64,000 nucleotides of DNA from Octopus sinensis (Eukaryota), in assembly GCF_006345805.1 (NCBI RefSeq), contig NC_043006.1, positions 56,792,001 to 56,856,000 on the forward strand. Direction: 5' to 3'. The translations under genes and the position numbers were made by a program. Under the pieces are notes generated by a model. It was not told where the DNA came from, made no database searches, and saw nothing but the letters and a program-made list of their open reading frames with translations. Shown here piece by piece: positions 1 to 12,145 of the stretch; within the stretch, counting starts at the first letter, position 1; each line of letters begins with the position of its first letter.

Positions 1-60
<60 letters not shown>

Positions 61-72
61 TAATAATAATAG
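1..72. repeat. (TAA)n microsatellite
   Basis: Near-pure TAA array at the window start. Confidence 0.95.
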
Positions 73-289
73 TAATTCATTCTACTTGAAACATAAGGCC
101 TCAAATTTGATGGAATGGATTAAGTCGATTACATCGACTCCAGTGCGTAACTGGTACTTATTTAACCGACCCCGATTGACAAAGTCGACCTCGGCGGAAA
201 TAATAATGATAAAAGGGTAAAGGATAAAAAAACCCTATCGATCACGAATGACCATGAGATTATGCCGAGAAAGTTCTCCTCCGTGGCAC

Positions 290-557
290 AAGTCCGGCCA
301 AGGTTATTTTGTGGAAGACCAGCTGTCACCTATGCATATCAGCCTCCTCTCTCCACACCACTCATGCTGTCCAAGAGAAAGGCAATGGCCAATACAACTT
401 GGCACCAGTGACACCGCAACTCATTTCTACAACTGAGTGAACTGGAGCAACGTGATTTAAAGCATCTTGCTCAAAAACACAACGCACAGCCCGGTCCACG
501 AATCAAGCTCACAACCTCGCGACTATGAGCCGACGATCTACCCACTGAGCCATGCGC
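290..557 (-). mobile_element. tRNA-derived SINE (family C), decayed
   Basis: Minus strand shows a tRNA-like head (GCGCATGGCTCAGTGGGTAGA...GAGCTTGATTCGTGG) then TTGAGCAAGATGCTTT...GTTGCTCCAGTTCACTCAG, a typical SINE central block. Confidence 0.6.
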
Positions 558-558
558 A

Positions 559-1078
559 AAATATGAAAACTATGAAGTGAAAGTAGTAGTGTATCACACA
601 GATGATGAGGGTGTGAATTATTATTACATCAAATGGAAAGGCTGGAGTAGTGAATTCAATACATGGGAACCTGAATCTAACCTGGAATGTCACGCATTGA
701 TCGACGAGTACCACAGGAAAACAGCAACTTTGAAGTTAAGCAAAAGATCCGCGTGGAAGGGCTTTTCGACAAACCGTTCCGATCTCTTGTCCTCGAACGG
801 ATCACATCGATGCAGATTATGTTGCCAACCACGTTGAAGCACGGCGGAGCGAGCAACATCATCAAAGGGCCATGATGTATAAAGATCGCAAACCGAGGCG
901 CATTTGACACAATAACTATAGCACCAAGAGCAAACTCTATAAATAGACAAAGCACGTGATGCTGATGGCTCTTAAGGGAATGGCAGGACAAGTCTATGTT
1001 GATCCTTCGTCCATATCCGTTAAGAACTAAGTCGATCTGGAAGGACCAAACGATAAATTTGGATACATTAATGACTAT
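559..1078 (+). pseudogene. Suv39h: Processed pseudogene fragment of a Su(var)3-9/SUV39H H3K9 methyltransferase (chromodomain to start of pre-SET)
   Basis: 559-714 translates KYENYEVKVVVYHTDDEGVNYYYIKWKGWSSEFNTWEPESNLECHALIDEYH (chromodomain). 1010-1078 gives SISVKN*VDLEGPNDKFGYINDY, matching the SUV39H motif ENxVDLEGPP..F.YINxY. Frameshifts and stops lie between; no intron-sized gap. Confidence 0.75.
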
Positions 1079-1429
1079 AATAATAATAATAATAATTTCT
1101 TTACTACCCAGAACATAACGACAGACGAAATACGGCTACGCATTTCGACCAGCGTGCACATTCACACATCCCATTCTCAACACAACCATGCTAGTCGGAG
1201 AAAGAAAACGAGGAGGTCAGCAGTTTTAAAATATGGAACTGGAACCAGTGTTGAAGGTGCTGCGTTCCACAGACATCCTATTGAGCAGAAGGATGGACCC
1301 GTTTGTCAACTGATTTTGCAAACTAAATTAAATGGGAGGAATGAACATAATTTCATGTGCAAGTGTCTTCTTGAAATATGTGGCAGTAGTACTACAATAA
1401 CTACCCTAAAGTCCAACCCCTCCTCAAAG

Positions 1430-1882
1430 CGGTAGGGTGATGTAAACGGGCAGTGTCAGAGCTATGCCGTCGGGAACGTCGGTTCCTAGTAGGGCCACCC
1501 AAGGCGGATTGGTCTGGCACCGAGCGGTATTAGGTCCGCAGCCTGGCCAACGAGGCTCTGGTGAAAATTCCAAGAGGCGTCTGATCGGCAACCGGCGGCT
1601 CGAGGTCGTTCTGAACCTGTGTCTTTGGAGACAGGGCGTCCCGTCACTCGGGATATGCATGCGGGATGTCGGGGACCGCTTGTGAATTCAATATTCCCAC
1701 GAAACTTCTTCTATGAATCCTATGGAACCGCGAATGGCTCGCTATCTCCAGTGACCTCGCACAGGACCGTCGAGCGTGTGTCACCATGGTTCGTGATGCC
1801 GTCAGGACCAGAGAAGAAGCCGGCTCAACCCACCCTGGGTGAACACCGTCACAAGTAAAAGTACAAGTAAGTACAAGTAAGA
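1430..1882 (+). mobile_element. LINE 3' end, RTE-like, decayed
   Basis: One frame ends WNREWLAISSDLAQDRRACVTMVRDAVRTREEAGSTHPG*, like RTE ORF C-termini (A.DR..W); followed by a short CAAGTA(A/C) tandem tail. Confidence 0.5.
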
Positions 1883-1958
1883 AAAGCGACCTGAAACGGA
1901 GGCCTTGAAAAGTGCAGCAATGGAACAAGCATTAAGAACTAGTTACTTCAAGCACAAA

Positions 1959-1959
<1 letters not shown>

Positions 1960-2047
<88 letters not shown>

Positions 2048-2062
2048 TTTGTGTATGTGTGT
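1960..2062. repeat. (TG)n microsatellite
   Basis: Direct reading. Confidence 0.95.
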
Positions 2063-3223
2063 GTACTATATATAGTAAACATTTATCTGAAACAAGTGAA
2101 TTTGGCCCTGAAATTTGGCGTGAAGAATTACATCACTACACCAAATCTGAAAATTTTCACTTTATTTTGAAATTTCAAAAGTGCAGCCAAACAGAAAAGA
2201 AAGACAGACAGGCACACAGACAGACAGACAGACAGGCAGACAGATAGGCAGATAGACACGTGTGCGCACACACACACATTTTATTCATCATCCGTAGTGT
2301 TGCCAAGTGAGTAGAATATGCTTTGCTAAAGAGTTCTAATAAGGCCGAAACATACCCATTACTATCACCAATTGGTTTTATAGGCTAAATCCACTCTAAT
2401 CTGCGTTGTGCATATGGTCAGAATATTTCAAGCGACAGATCTTATAGTTACTATTGAGTAATTTTTCTAGATTTTAAAATCCCTAAGAGTTTTGTTTACT
2501 AATTACTAGGATAGTCTCACTTGGTCCAATTTTTTCAACTCATTATGTTATATATGCCAAAGATAGTGAGCTGGCAGAATCCTTAGCACACGTAGAAATG
2601 TACCGAGAGGCATTTCTTCTGACCTTTCACGTTTTCTGTTCAAATCCCACTAAGGTCGACTTTGCTTGTATCCTTTCGGGGGCAATAAAATAAGTACCAG
2701 CTGAGCACTGGTGTAGCACTGAAATCGATGTAACTGACTTGCGGACTTTCCCCAAAATTCAAGCGATATGCGTATGATAGGTAGACTTATCTTAGATATG
2801 CGAGATCCTGCTGTTTAGAAATACGATTCAATGAAGATGTTTTGAGGCGATCGAGGTGCAAGAAATAAGTTAAATCTCAATCAATTCATACCTCTTCGCA
2901 TATGAAAAGAGACCGATAGAATAAGTAGGTTTCCTTACAAAGAATAAGTCCTGAGGTCGATTTACATATCTATATAGGGGTAAACGTATATATATTCATA
3001 CACGCACGCACACATACACACAAATTATACTGACAAGTTCAAGTCTCACCACTGTCGAGTTTATTTTTTCATCTTTCAGAAGTCGGTAAAATAAAATGCC
3101 AGTGAAATTCTGGAATAGCCAATGTAATCAACTCCCCTCAAGAAAATCTGTAATCCTTGTACCTATATAAGGAATCATTATAGATACATGTCTGAGAAAT
3201 TTGATCCATTATTCTTTATTGAA

Positions 3224-3275
<52 letters not shown>

Positions 3276-4859
3276 AAAAACAGAAAGAAATTATTAGTTT
3301 TAATATTCCCCAACATTTCAGTTTTGCTTCTTGGATAAATTTCATAGTTTCCAGTTTCAGGCGAATGGCGTCAGTGATATATATGGCTGAAATGAAGTTA
3401 AGTTCAGTTCAGGAAGTAGAAATTATAAGGTCAGGACGTAGTGAGTCCTCACAGCATTTTCGAGAAATAATGACGTATTTAGGTTAAGGCTAAGGGCAAT
3501 TTTTTTTTTCTTCTTTTAGGAATTAGAAGTATCAAATGTACTGCTGCTGATTTTTATGACCTCAAAGACAACATGGAGGTCGTTGTTGTTTAACCTCAAC
3601 TAAGCTGGTCCTGCAGATTTCTACGATCAAAGATTATAATAATAATGAACTTCCTATCTTCGCTTTTTTTCTTTTTTATTTACTATACATTTGATCACAT
3701 GGCATATTGCTTCTTCCCCTTCCCCATTCTGTTTCTTCTTAATATTCCGAAAAAAAAAAAAAGTCTTAAATGAAATTTTGCAGAAATGTTTTGGATAGTG
3801 TAAGGAAAAAATTTTTTGGGGTGGCGTTTCGGATCATTCCTTCCCACTCCTTCTACTTAGGTTTTATCTGCGGTTGAGTTTTATCTGAGGGAAATTTTAC
3901 TGCAGGTCTAATCATTGCATACCTGTCTCTACGTGGCACTTGGGCAAGTGTCTTCTACTTGTTTTTTTTTTTGTGTATGTGTGTGCGTGTGAAGTATGTA
4001 TGACTTCATTGGAAATAACAAGACAATGCGTGGAAACCGCAAAAACAAAATTGATGTCCTGCGAAAGCGGAACGAATACGAACATGTTTTAAAAGTCCAA
4101 AAATATCGTTAATATTTTTATTGGGCGACGAAATTCATCGATTTAAGAGATATAGCTGTTATTTCTAGCACCTGCAGAAGAGAGAAGACAGGAGTGATGG
4201 ATGAATAGCACGTGTGCGTGTGTATGTGTGTGCTGTTTACTTAGACGCAGCAAATGAATTTAGGTCAAATGCTGGGATTTCATTGGTTAAAATTCGAAGA
4301 ATTAAACTACGTAAAAGTTACAAAATACAATTTTCTCAAAAAATCTAGCTGAAATTAATGTTTTCTTTTGACACATTCTACCAGTATACGAAGTTTCAAA
4401 TTGTTTAGTTAACTAGAAAATTCTGTCCATCTTCTAGAAAAGATCCATGATTATATTCTTATATTTTGGTTTTATATTTTGAAAGTGTCTAAAATGTGTT
4501 TTCCTGAAGTTTTACTTAGCTGTGTGAAATTAAGGTGTGCTTTGTTTGTAAGTTTGTTCAAGTTATTTATTAGAGTTATTTGTTGAAGCTAATTGCTTGT
4601 TGAAGACCTATTCTTATTGCTTTTGAAAGTAACCTGCCTCAAATTGCCCAGTGAGGAGAAATTATAATTGTTGAACTTTAACATTTCTGTGCGGCGTCAA
4701 GCCAATTTAAGTGGTTCGGCGTTGGCCGTTTTCCGTGACTCGATCGAGTCTGGAAGTTTTACACTGAAACTGTCACCAGTATCATCGGTGGAATCACCAT
4801 TGTCTCAAACTATGCAAACACCAGTCACGTCGCCACAAAATAAGCAACGAAAAATACTA

Positions 4860-5535
4860 GGATTAGCCAGCACCTCAGCTTCATAGACGACTCCCTTGGT
4901 TTCGCAATGGGCATCTGTTGTAGTCCCGGCATGATTATCCCGCCTCCGCTCGTGGTCTAGGGATGCTAACTAGAATGCTCTTGATATGGGTCGCCCATCT
5001 AAATGAAACTCTGATGCTGTGCCTATTAAAAGTATGTCCATACCTATGTGAACTTGTGAAGTGTTTATCTACTAGTTTAAGGAGCATCCTATCTACACAC
5101 GTTTTTACGTTAAAGGAGAAGTAAGTGGGGGAACCAAATGATATTTCTGCGGCGCTTCCTTCCTTCTGTGGGTGTTATGGCCCGGAATGTAGGGGATGCG
5201 ATCCTTAACTCCGCTAGAAGCTAGTGATTCGTTATAGGTGGGAGGTACTGTATCAAAAATCTCTTGGCTAGAAGAAAGCTTCGTGATCCTCTTGCTAACA
5301 CCCTTCATCAAGTTTTTGAACATATATATATGCAGGTGGGCGTGTCGATGTACATGTTGATGTGTGTTGATGGCTTGTGGTAGGGCGTGTATGCACCGGA
5401 GCCCAAGTCGAGCTTAACGTCTAAGAAGCCTGCGGTGGTGAGATTTGTCTCCATGGTAATTTTCAGAAACATGGAGCCAAGGGTGCTAATTAGATCTTTC
5501 CTAAGCCTCTCTAGGTGTGTCCGTTGGTTCCTCTA
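4860..5535 (-). mobile_element. Penelope-like element fragment (RT C-terminus, linker, start of GIY-YIG), decayed
   Basis: Minus translations LKITMETNLTTAGFLDVKLDLGSGAYTPYHKP, FKNLMKGVSKRITKLSSSQEIFDTVPPTYNESLASSG and CETKGVVYEAEV match consecutive PLE motifs (FLDV.L, Y.KP, SS.EIF....Y..AL..SG, C....VVY.A.V). Confidence 0.7.
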
Positions 5536-5829
5536 GAATGTGTGTATGTGTATGTATATGAGTGCGTGTGCGTGTATATGTGCGCGTTTGTGTGTGTGTG
5601 TGTATGTGTGTGTGTGTGTGTGTGTATTTATATATAATCATGATCTTTAGTTACTTTGTATTTTTCTTTTCAGATTAGATAGGTAGGTAGGTAGGTAGGT
5701 AGTTGTGAAATTTATCTTAGATTTTATATTACATGCAATTATGATAGATAGAAGAGATCTAATCGGAATTGATCTCATTTGTGATCTAATGGATTTGCCT
5801 CTTTTTCCATCAATTTTAACCTCAAATTT

Positions 5830-6680
5830 TGCATCGCTACGTGCTATCCAATATCATGGGCCAGTTCGCCGTTAGGTTTAGCCTCTATAAACAATACCTA
5901 TTGGACATTGTTACCACCATGCCACAAGTCTTATTTGCCTTACTTTTAATTAATTCTTTCTGGTCTAATCCATGGATTGTTCGAATACCTCAGACAAGTT
6001 TCATTTCTATCACTTCCTATGATGTTTTCTAACTGTTCTTGGTATCCATTCTTGCTCGGATTCTCTTCTTTTTCTTGCGTCTAGAACGGCTTTTATATGC
6101 TAATAAGTGCATATTTGTAAATGTGCAAGATAATATAGAATTAGCAAAGAATAATGTAGAATTAGCTATCACCTTGGAATATTTCTGTCGATGGCCTAAT
6201 TCTATTAGTGACTATAGAAGTAACTTCAGTTGTTGCCGCTAGTTGTGTGGACCATGTTATTGTCAATCTCTTAAAGATATCGACTAATTGGCTATAGCAG
6301 ATAGAACCTTAGTACGGTGTAGTAGTAAATCTATGAATGAAGGAATCATCTTTTCTCACTATATGGGCAGTAGACTTTTGGTGGTTCTGCTTCGCTTCTT
6401 TAAAGATAGATTTGTTGAAGAAGAGCTGTTCAGCACAGACTCCCACTTCTTTTCCCTCCTATTTGCGCATCAGTCGCCACACTGTTTGTTTTGCAATTAA
6501 GTAACCAGTGTACAGCTCATACTGAACATTTAACATGGTATGAGTCCTGTAATTTTAGGTATTGTGTGTTGACCATGTAAGTGTCAACCCCTTCGGCACC
6601 TCATCGTTCATTATTCGTTTGAATAGGCTGACGACAGTTTCCCTATAGAACTTGATCCCTATAGAACTTTTCTATAACAG
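5830..6680 (-). mobile_element. Highly decayed LINE reverse-transcriptase fragment (R4/Dong-like)
   Basis: Minus strand gives PKNYRTHTMLNVQYELYTG (cf. NYRPITCL..YKL.T) and TNRIRPSTEIFQGDS (cf. GIFQGDSLSP); many stops. Confidence 0.5.
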
Positions 6681-6949
6681 GAAATAACTACCAAGTTTCT
6701 CCCTAGTAATTTTTCCATTTCGTAGTTCTGCAACAACCGTCAGGTGAGTTTCATTGCAGATATTACGTTTTGGAAAAGACGTTTGCATAGTACTCACTCC
6801 GTATTCATTTAACCACATAGCATCGCGGTTGTTTTATTTGTTTTCATTCAGAGCTCTCTGATGAGGGGTCCATTGCAACTTTAATACGATCTTTCATGCT
6901 GCAGTATATACTTTGTGGGTTTAATGCAAATTTGCGGTTGACAATGCTC

Positions 6950-7365
6950 TCTTTACTCTTTTGCTCTTTTACTTGTTTCAGTCATTTGACTGCGGCCATG
7001 CTGGAGCACCGCCATTAGTCGAGCAATTTGACCCCAGGACTTATTCTTTGTAAACCTAGTACTTATTCTATCGGCCTCTTTTGCCGAACTGCTAAGTTAT
7101 GGCGACGTAAACACACCGACATCGGTTGTCAAGCGATGTCGGGGGACAAGTACAGACACACAAACACACACACACACACACATATATATATACACAAATA
7201 TATACGACGGACGTCTTTCAGTTTCCGTCTACCAAATCCACTCACAAGCTTGGTCGGCCCGAGGCTATAGTAGACGACACTTGCCCAAGGTGCAACGCAG
7301 TGGGACTGAATCCGGAACCATGTGGTTGGTAAACAAGCTACTTACCTCACAGCCACTCCTGCGCC
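6950..7365 (-). mobile_element. tRNA-derived SINE (family A), full length
   Basis: Head GGCGCAGGAGTGGCTGTG(T/A)GGTAAGTAGCTTG...GGTTCCGGATTCAGTCCC; tail GACTGAAACAAGTAAAAGA repeats. Family recurs more than ten times in the window. Confidence 0.85.
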
Positions 7366-7880
7366 TGTTAACTTACCGCTCGCAGATCCTTTTTGAGGTA
7401 TTTACCTTACTCGTGAGTTTCTCTTGTCGGCAGTTATTGAAGCTTTTTGATAACCTGTCATAGAGTTGCAGTTGCTGGTTTGATAGTTCCTTATTCACCC
7501 CAGTTCTCATGATTATATCCACGTATCCATGCCCGATATTTTCCTGTGTTTGTTGGCATTTTTAAGAGAGAGATTTTTCATTTTAATTGTATGCTAGGAT
7601 TTCGTTTGATCTTTAGCGAATAGTAATTGCAATAACACTACAGCAGGACATTCAAAGCCCAAACACTGAGAGTTTCAATTTGCACTACGCTTTCTTTAGC
7701 TACTTGATCGATCGCGAATATCATAAAAGCTTGGGTCGAATTCGTTCTTCTGAGCAGCAGTTTGTCTATATAAAATGTAAATCTCGCTGTAAACTGTATT
7801 TTGAGTTGTTTATAATACTTAACTCATTTCTGTTTGTTCAAGACTGAGTGTTCGTATAATAGCAGCCGTTGTCTCTCTTG

Positions 7881-7883
<3 letters not shown>

Positions 7884-7970
<87 letters not shown>

Positions 7971-7990
7971 ATGCGTGCGTGCGTGTGTGT

Positions 7991-8078
<88 letters not shown>

Positions 8079-8084
8079 TGTGTG

Positions 8085-8117
<33 letters not shown>

Positions 8118-8192
8118 CGTGCGTGCGTGCGTGCGTGCGTGTGTGTGTGTGTGTGGTGTGTGTGTGTGTGCTTGTGTGCGTGCGTGCGTGTG

Positions 8193-8244
<52 letters not shown>

Positions 8245-8295
8245 TGTGTGTGTGGTGTGTGTGTGTGTGTGGATGGATGACTGGATGGATGGATG
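7884..8295. repeat. Compound (TG)n/(TGCG)n microsatellite
   Basis: Direct reading; source of the spurious CV/RA ORFs. Confidence 0.95.
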
Positions 8296-8665
8296 GACGG
8301 AAGGATGTAAGGGTGTGTGTCTGTATGTGTGTGTGCCTATGCATGTAATTAGTTGGTCAATCAGTTAGTCACTCTGTTGGGTAAGTAGGTAGGTAGGTAG
8401 GTAGGTAGATAGGCAGGCAGGCAGGCAGACAGGCATCTATAACCAAGATTTTAGGTTACTGTTCAGTGTCTAAATACTGCAAAGTGTGCATAGGTCTACA
8501 AGGGAAGAAAAGTTAGCCTATGCGAAATTTTGTTAGACATTTTCTTACTTCCAACAAACGTCGGGTACTGCTGCTAGTTATAGCACACACACACACGCAT
8601 GAACATGTACGTGTGTGCAATCGCGTGCTGTGTGTGAGTGTGAGTGTGTGTGTGTATGTGTGTGT

Positions 8666-8707
<42 letters not shown>

Positions 8708-8884
8708 TGACATAACAAAAAACTGTAAAGGACGAACATTAATAAAAATACTAGATATTATTCTGATTGTCTGCTGTGTCCTCGTCCTACTTAGGGAAAG
8801 CAATTGTGTTGAATGATTAGTTAGAAACAAACTTGTTTAGATCTGTACCAAACAGGAGTGTATGAGCTTGATAATTTCATTATT

Positions 8885-9567
8885 GTTGATGGTGGTAGTG
8901 GTGGTAGTGATATGGTGGGTGGTGGTAGTGATATGGTGGTGATGGTAGTGGTGGTGACGGTACCGGTGGTAGTGAAATTATCAGGCGGTTGTGGTGGTGT
9001 TTGTGTTCGAGGTGGCAGTGGAAGGTTTTGCCGGCTGTAATGGTAACGGGAGGGTAGACGTGTCTGAGGATGTGGTGACAAGGCCAGTGGTACTGACGGT
9101 AATTAGTGGTAGTGATTGTAGTGAGTGATGGTGGTGGTGGTGGTGGTGGTGGTGGTGGTGGTTGAGGGGAAGGAGGTAGTGGAGAAGTCAGTGGAGGAAG
9201 AGGTAGGCAAGATGGTGACGGTAATTGTGATGTCAGTGTTTTTGCTGGTAGTGGTGGTAGTGACTGATTGTCGAGTGGTGGTTGTATCTGTATGGCAGTG
9301 GTAGTGATTGTAGAGGTACTGGTGGTAGTAGTAGTAGTAGTAGTAGTAATGGGGTGTTGGTGATGATTTTGATGATGAGGCCGCTGGTGGCGGAGATAAT
9401 CGCGGAAGTGGTGGCAGTGAGTGGTAATTGTGTACCGTGTTGGCGGTGGCAGTAAGGGTAGGCTGTGGTTGTGATGTGGTGGCAGTAATTATGTTCGAGG
9501 TAGTAGTGATAGTTGTAACTCTGATGGTGATAGTTGTAGTGGAGACGGGAACGGGTGATGGTGAACA

Positions 9568-9614
<47 letters not shown>

Positions 9615-9636
9615 ACAGCAGCAGCAGCAGCAGCAA
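8885..9636. repeat. Low-complexity GGT/TAG/CAG trinucleotide tract
   Basis: Interspersed (GGT)n, (TAG)n and (CAG)n runs. Confidence 0.85.
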
Positions 9637-9717
9637 ATGGGCTAAATTGATACTACACAAGGATGCTACAAATGGCTCTAAATGTGAAATGGGAGAAACA
9701 AATGACAAATGAATTGC

Positions 9718-9970
9718 CTTTATGGAGACCTGCCGAAGGTTAGCGAGAAGATCACACAAAACAGCTGCGACTATCTCATCACTGCGTGCGCCACCCTAAG
9801 CTGGGAACATCCATATTAGTCTTGCGGAACCCATCTCGTGGTGATTTAAGCAGAGAAAAACATCGTCACACATCGACAACTTGGTTGCAGACACTAGCCT
9901 AGAATGTATCCAGGACCTCGAATCAGTGATGATACACCGAGAAATGTGGCAGGTAGACTTTGTTGCTGTA
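9718..9970 (+). mobile_element. RTE-like LINE 3' remnant
   Basis: GDLPKVSEKI, QLRLSHHCVRHP and THIDNLVADTSLECIQDLESVMIHREMW align by eye with the C-terminus of the LINE at 36405-37170. Confidence 0.55.
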
Positions 9971-10291
9971 ATAATGAGTAACCCGGCCGTAATAAAAAAA
10001 AATTTCCGAAAGTTTGTGTTTGAGAAACATTTACTGCATTTTTTGCTTTGAGAAAAAAAAAAATTTTTCATCCATATTCACTATCCAACAAATACTACAT
10101 CAACTAAGCAAATGAGCTTCTCTAAATGTATTAAAAACACTATAACATGTTTAGAATATTATTTCAGAAAATTACCTCCGTTCTCTTTGAGCATATAGAA
10201 GACAAATTTAGATGGGAAAATGAGTAAGACACCATAAAGTAAACTTGCTTTTTCTTTCTCCAGAAATACATTGAAAAAACTCATATACATC

Positions 10292-10710
10292 TGTAGTGAT
10301 GCTACTGTGTAAGGTTCAGCGCGCATGCGCAGAATGGGACTACTTCCGGGTGGCCACCGGAAGTCTTCCCCATGCGCATGTGCGGGAAACTGACCCCTAA
10401 GGCCCAGTAAACTCGATCACTCTCTCTGGCCATTCCAGCCCTCGGGAACAGACGTGCATTTGGTAGTCTCTGATAACTATACCGACTTAGCCGCGGACGA
10501 CATCGAATCACTTCAACCAACCAACAAGAAGCTGTACAACAGATTCGGCTGTCGTTTTCCCTTCAGAAATTCGTACACCATCACGAATAATAAACAACAC
10601 TGCTGTCTTTCCCAGATAACCTGACTTCGTCTGTTATATCTAACTAAATTGAATGTGACAGGATCAGATCGAACACCCCTTCAGTGATACCGATTCCAGA
10701 TCCTGTTACA
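10292..10710 (+). repeat. 5' LTR (419 bp)
   Basis: Differs from the 3' LTR by four substitutions and one 8-bp indel, by eye. Confidence 0.95.
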
Positions 10711-10712
10711 AT

Positions 10713-10724
10713 TGGTGACCCCGA
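10713..10724 (+). promoter_or_regulatory. Primer-binding site complementary to the 3' end of tRNA-Trp
   Basis: TGGTGACCCCGA starts 2 nt after the 5' LTR; matches the recalled complement of tRNA-Trp 3' end (TGGTGACCCCGACG). Confidence 0.8.
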
Positions 10725-11109
10725 GTAGAAAAAAAAAAGAACAGAAGACGCAGCGAACAGGTTTTGCCAGTTAGAGCACTGAACACTCAGTTTTCACTTT
10801 CATTTTTCTTTTCCTTTCAGGACGGCGAGGTGCGTACAAACAAAAGTTTTATTCATCGCACTCAGTACACTGAAAAAAAAAAAAAAAAGAAACACACACA
10901 CATTATTTTTTTTTTCCTTTTCTGTACCTTTTGTTTTTCCTTTGTGCACACACACACTTATTCTTTACTGCCCACGAGGTGCACACACACACACACACAC
11001 ACCATTACACAAAACACGATTTTTGATTTGCTTTGTCGGTTCCACGTGTTCTCCACTTCTCGTTCATACCTTCTGCCCCCTTTCTGACAGGCGTTTTTTT
11101 CGGACAAAC

Positions 11110-11775
11110 ATGGCTGCATCAGGTTTGCCTTTATTCACAGGGGATGTGGGTCTATGGTTTGGCCAGGTGGAGTCGCATTTTGACGCACATGCCGTTCCTC
11201 CACAGCAGCAGTTGCATCTACTATATTCAAGTTTACATCCCCGACTCGCCACATCGGTCAGGGATCTCATAATAAGTCCCCACCCGGACGCCACATACGC
11301 GTCCGTAAAAGCCGAAATCCTCCGCCGCCACACGCGGTCGGAGGAGAGTAATTTTAAGGAGCTGATGGCCGAGGAACAGTTGGGATACAGGACTCCATCC
11401 CAGTTCCTGCGACACCTACGGGAGCTGAGCGGGAACGCAGCGGACGCGCCGCTCTTACGGAGGATTTTCTTCTCCAGGTTGCCTGCCCACGTGCAGACAA
11501 TGTTGGCCACGGTACTGGAGTCTGTGTCAGTAGACCAGATTGCCACGATGGCCGATAAAATATTGGAATTTCCCAAACCATCTCCATCGCGAGGCCTGAG
11601 TGCATGTACAGAGCCCCCTCCGGCAGTTTCTCCGACGCAAAATTCACTAGCCGAGCGGCTCGATACGCTCACGCGGCGAATCGGGCGCCGACCACGCAGT
11701 CGTAGTCGCAGTGGCTCTGCCGAAAAGGCAGAACGGTGTACCCAGCCGTGCACTTTTCAGCCCTCGGGAAACTAA
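11110..11775 (+). CDS. Gag-like protein (221 aa)
   Basis: ATG at 11110; LPLFTGDVGLWFGQVESHF and TPSQFLRHLREL motifs. The zinc knuckle appears truncated: only AERCTQPC remains, the CWYH half is absent. Confidence 0.85.
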   Translation: MAASGLPLFTGDVGLWFGQVESHFDAHAVPPQQQLHLLYSSLHPRLATSVRDLIISPHPDATYASVKAEILRRHTRSEESNFKELMAEEQLGYRTPSQFLRHLRELSGNAADAPLLRRIFFSRLPAHVQTMLATVLESVSVDQIATMADKILEFPKPSPSRGLSACTEPPPAVSPTQNSLAERLDTLTRRIGRRPRSRSRSGSAEKAERCTQPCTFQPSGN

Positions 11776-11806
11776 ATCCGGAGGAGGTGAGCACGTCACC
11801 TTCTTC
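11766..11806 (+). promoter_or_regulatory. -1 programmed ribosomal frameshift signal (G GGA AAC plus stem-loop)
   Basis: Slippery heptamer 11766-11772 just before the gag stop, 7-nt spacer, 11-bp stem 11780-11790/11796-11806; the -1 frame is the protease frame. Confidence 0.8.
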
Positions 11807-12145
11807 CTTTTCGTTTCCCAAAAATCGTGCGTTCTTTGTAAAAGATCTGGTGTCGAAGAAATTCTTCATGGTGGACACCGGCTCTTGTTGCAGCATCTGG
11901 CCCCTTCGTCTGACTGCAGACAAGCCCAAGCGCTCTTCAATTGTCTTGCATGCCATTGACTCGTCTCCCATAACCACCTTCGGTCAGATTTCGCTGCGCC
12001 TCGACATCAACCTTCGTCGAGATTTTCAATGGGTTTTCGTTATCGCTGACATCCCGCATCCTATTCTCGGCGCTGATTTCTTGGATAGGTTTAATCTATT
12101 GGTGGATGTCAGGCGTCGGAGGCTTCTTGATAACATGACGTCGCT
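11766..12145 (+). CDS. Aspartic protease domain of pol
   Basis: FFMVDTGSCCSIWP active site and PILGADFL motif; open frame. Confidence 0.85.

Noticed and set aside
1154-1435. 93-aa ORF as a continuation of Suv39h (pre-SET/SET)
   Set aside because: No Cys-rich pre-SET or SET motifs (GWGV, NHSC) in any frame I read.
6950-7365. tRNA genes at SINE heads (also 16832, 39746 and others)
   Set aside because: A/B-box-like motifs only; no complete cloverleaf, and each continues into a SINE body.
7834-8368. Long C/V/R/A- and H/T-rich ORFs here and at 1960-2247, 30387-30749, 33077-35137, 53503-53790, 57277-57912
   Set aside because: They are translations of TG, TGCG and TA microsatellites, which lack stop codons in some frames.
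8448-8520. TKILGYCSVSKYCKVC as a Mutator-like transposase motif
   Set aside because: Too short and unsupported by flanking motifs.
9103-9759. 218-aa mucin-like ORF on the minus strand
   Set aside because: Built from trinucleotide repeats; no domain motif or splice context.
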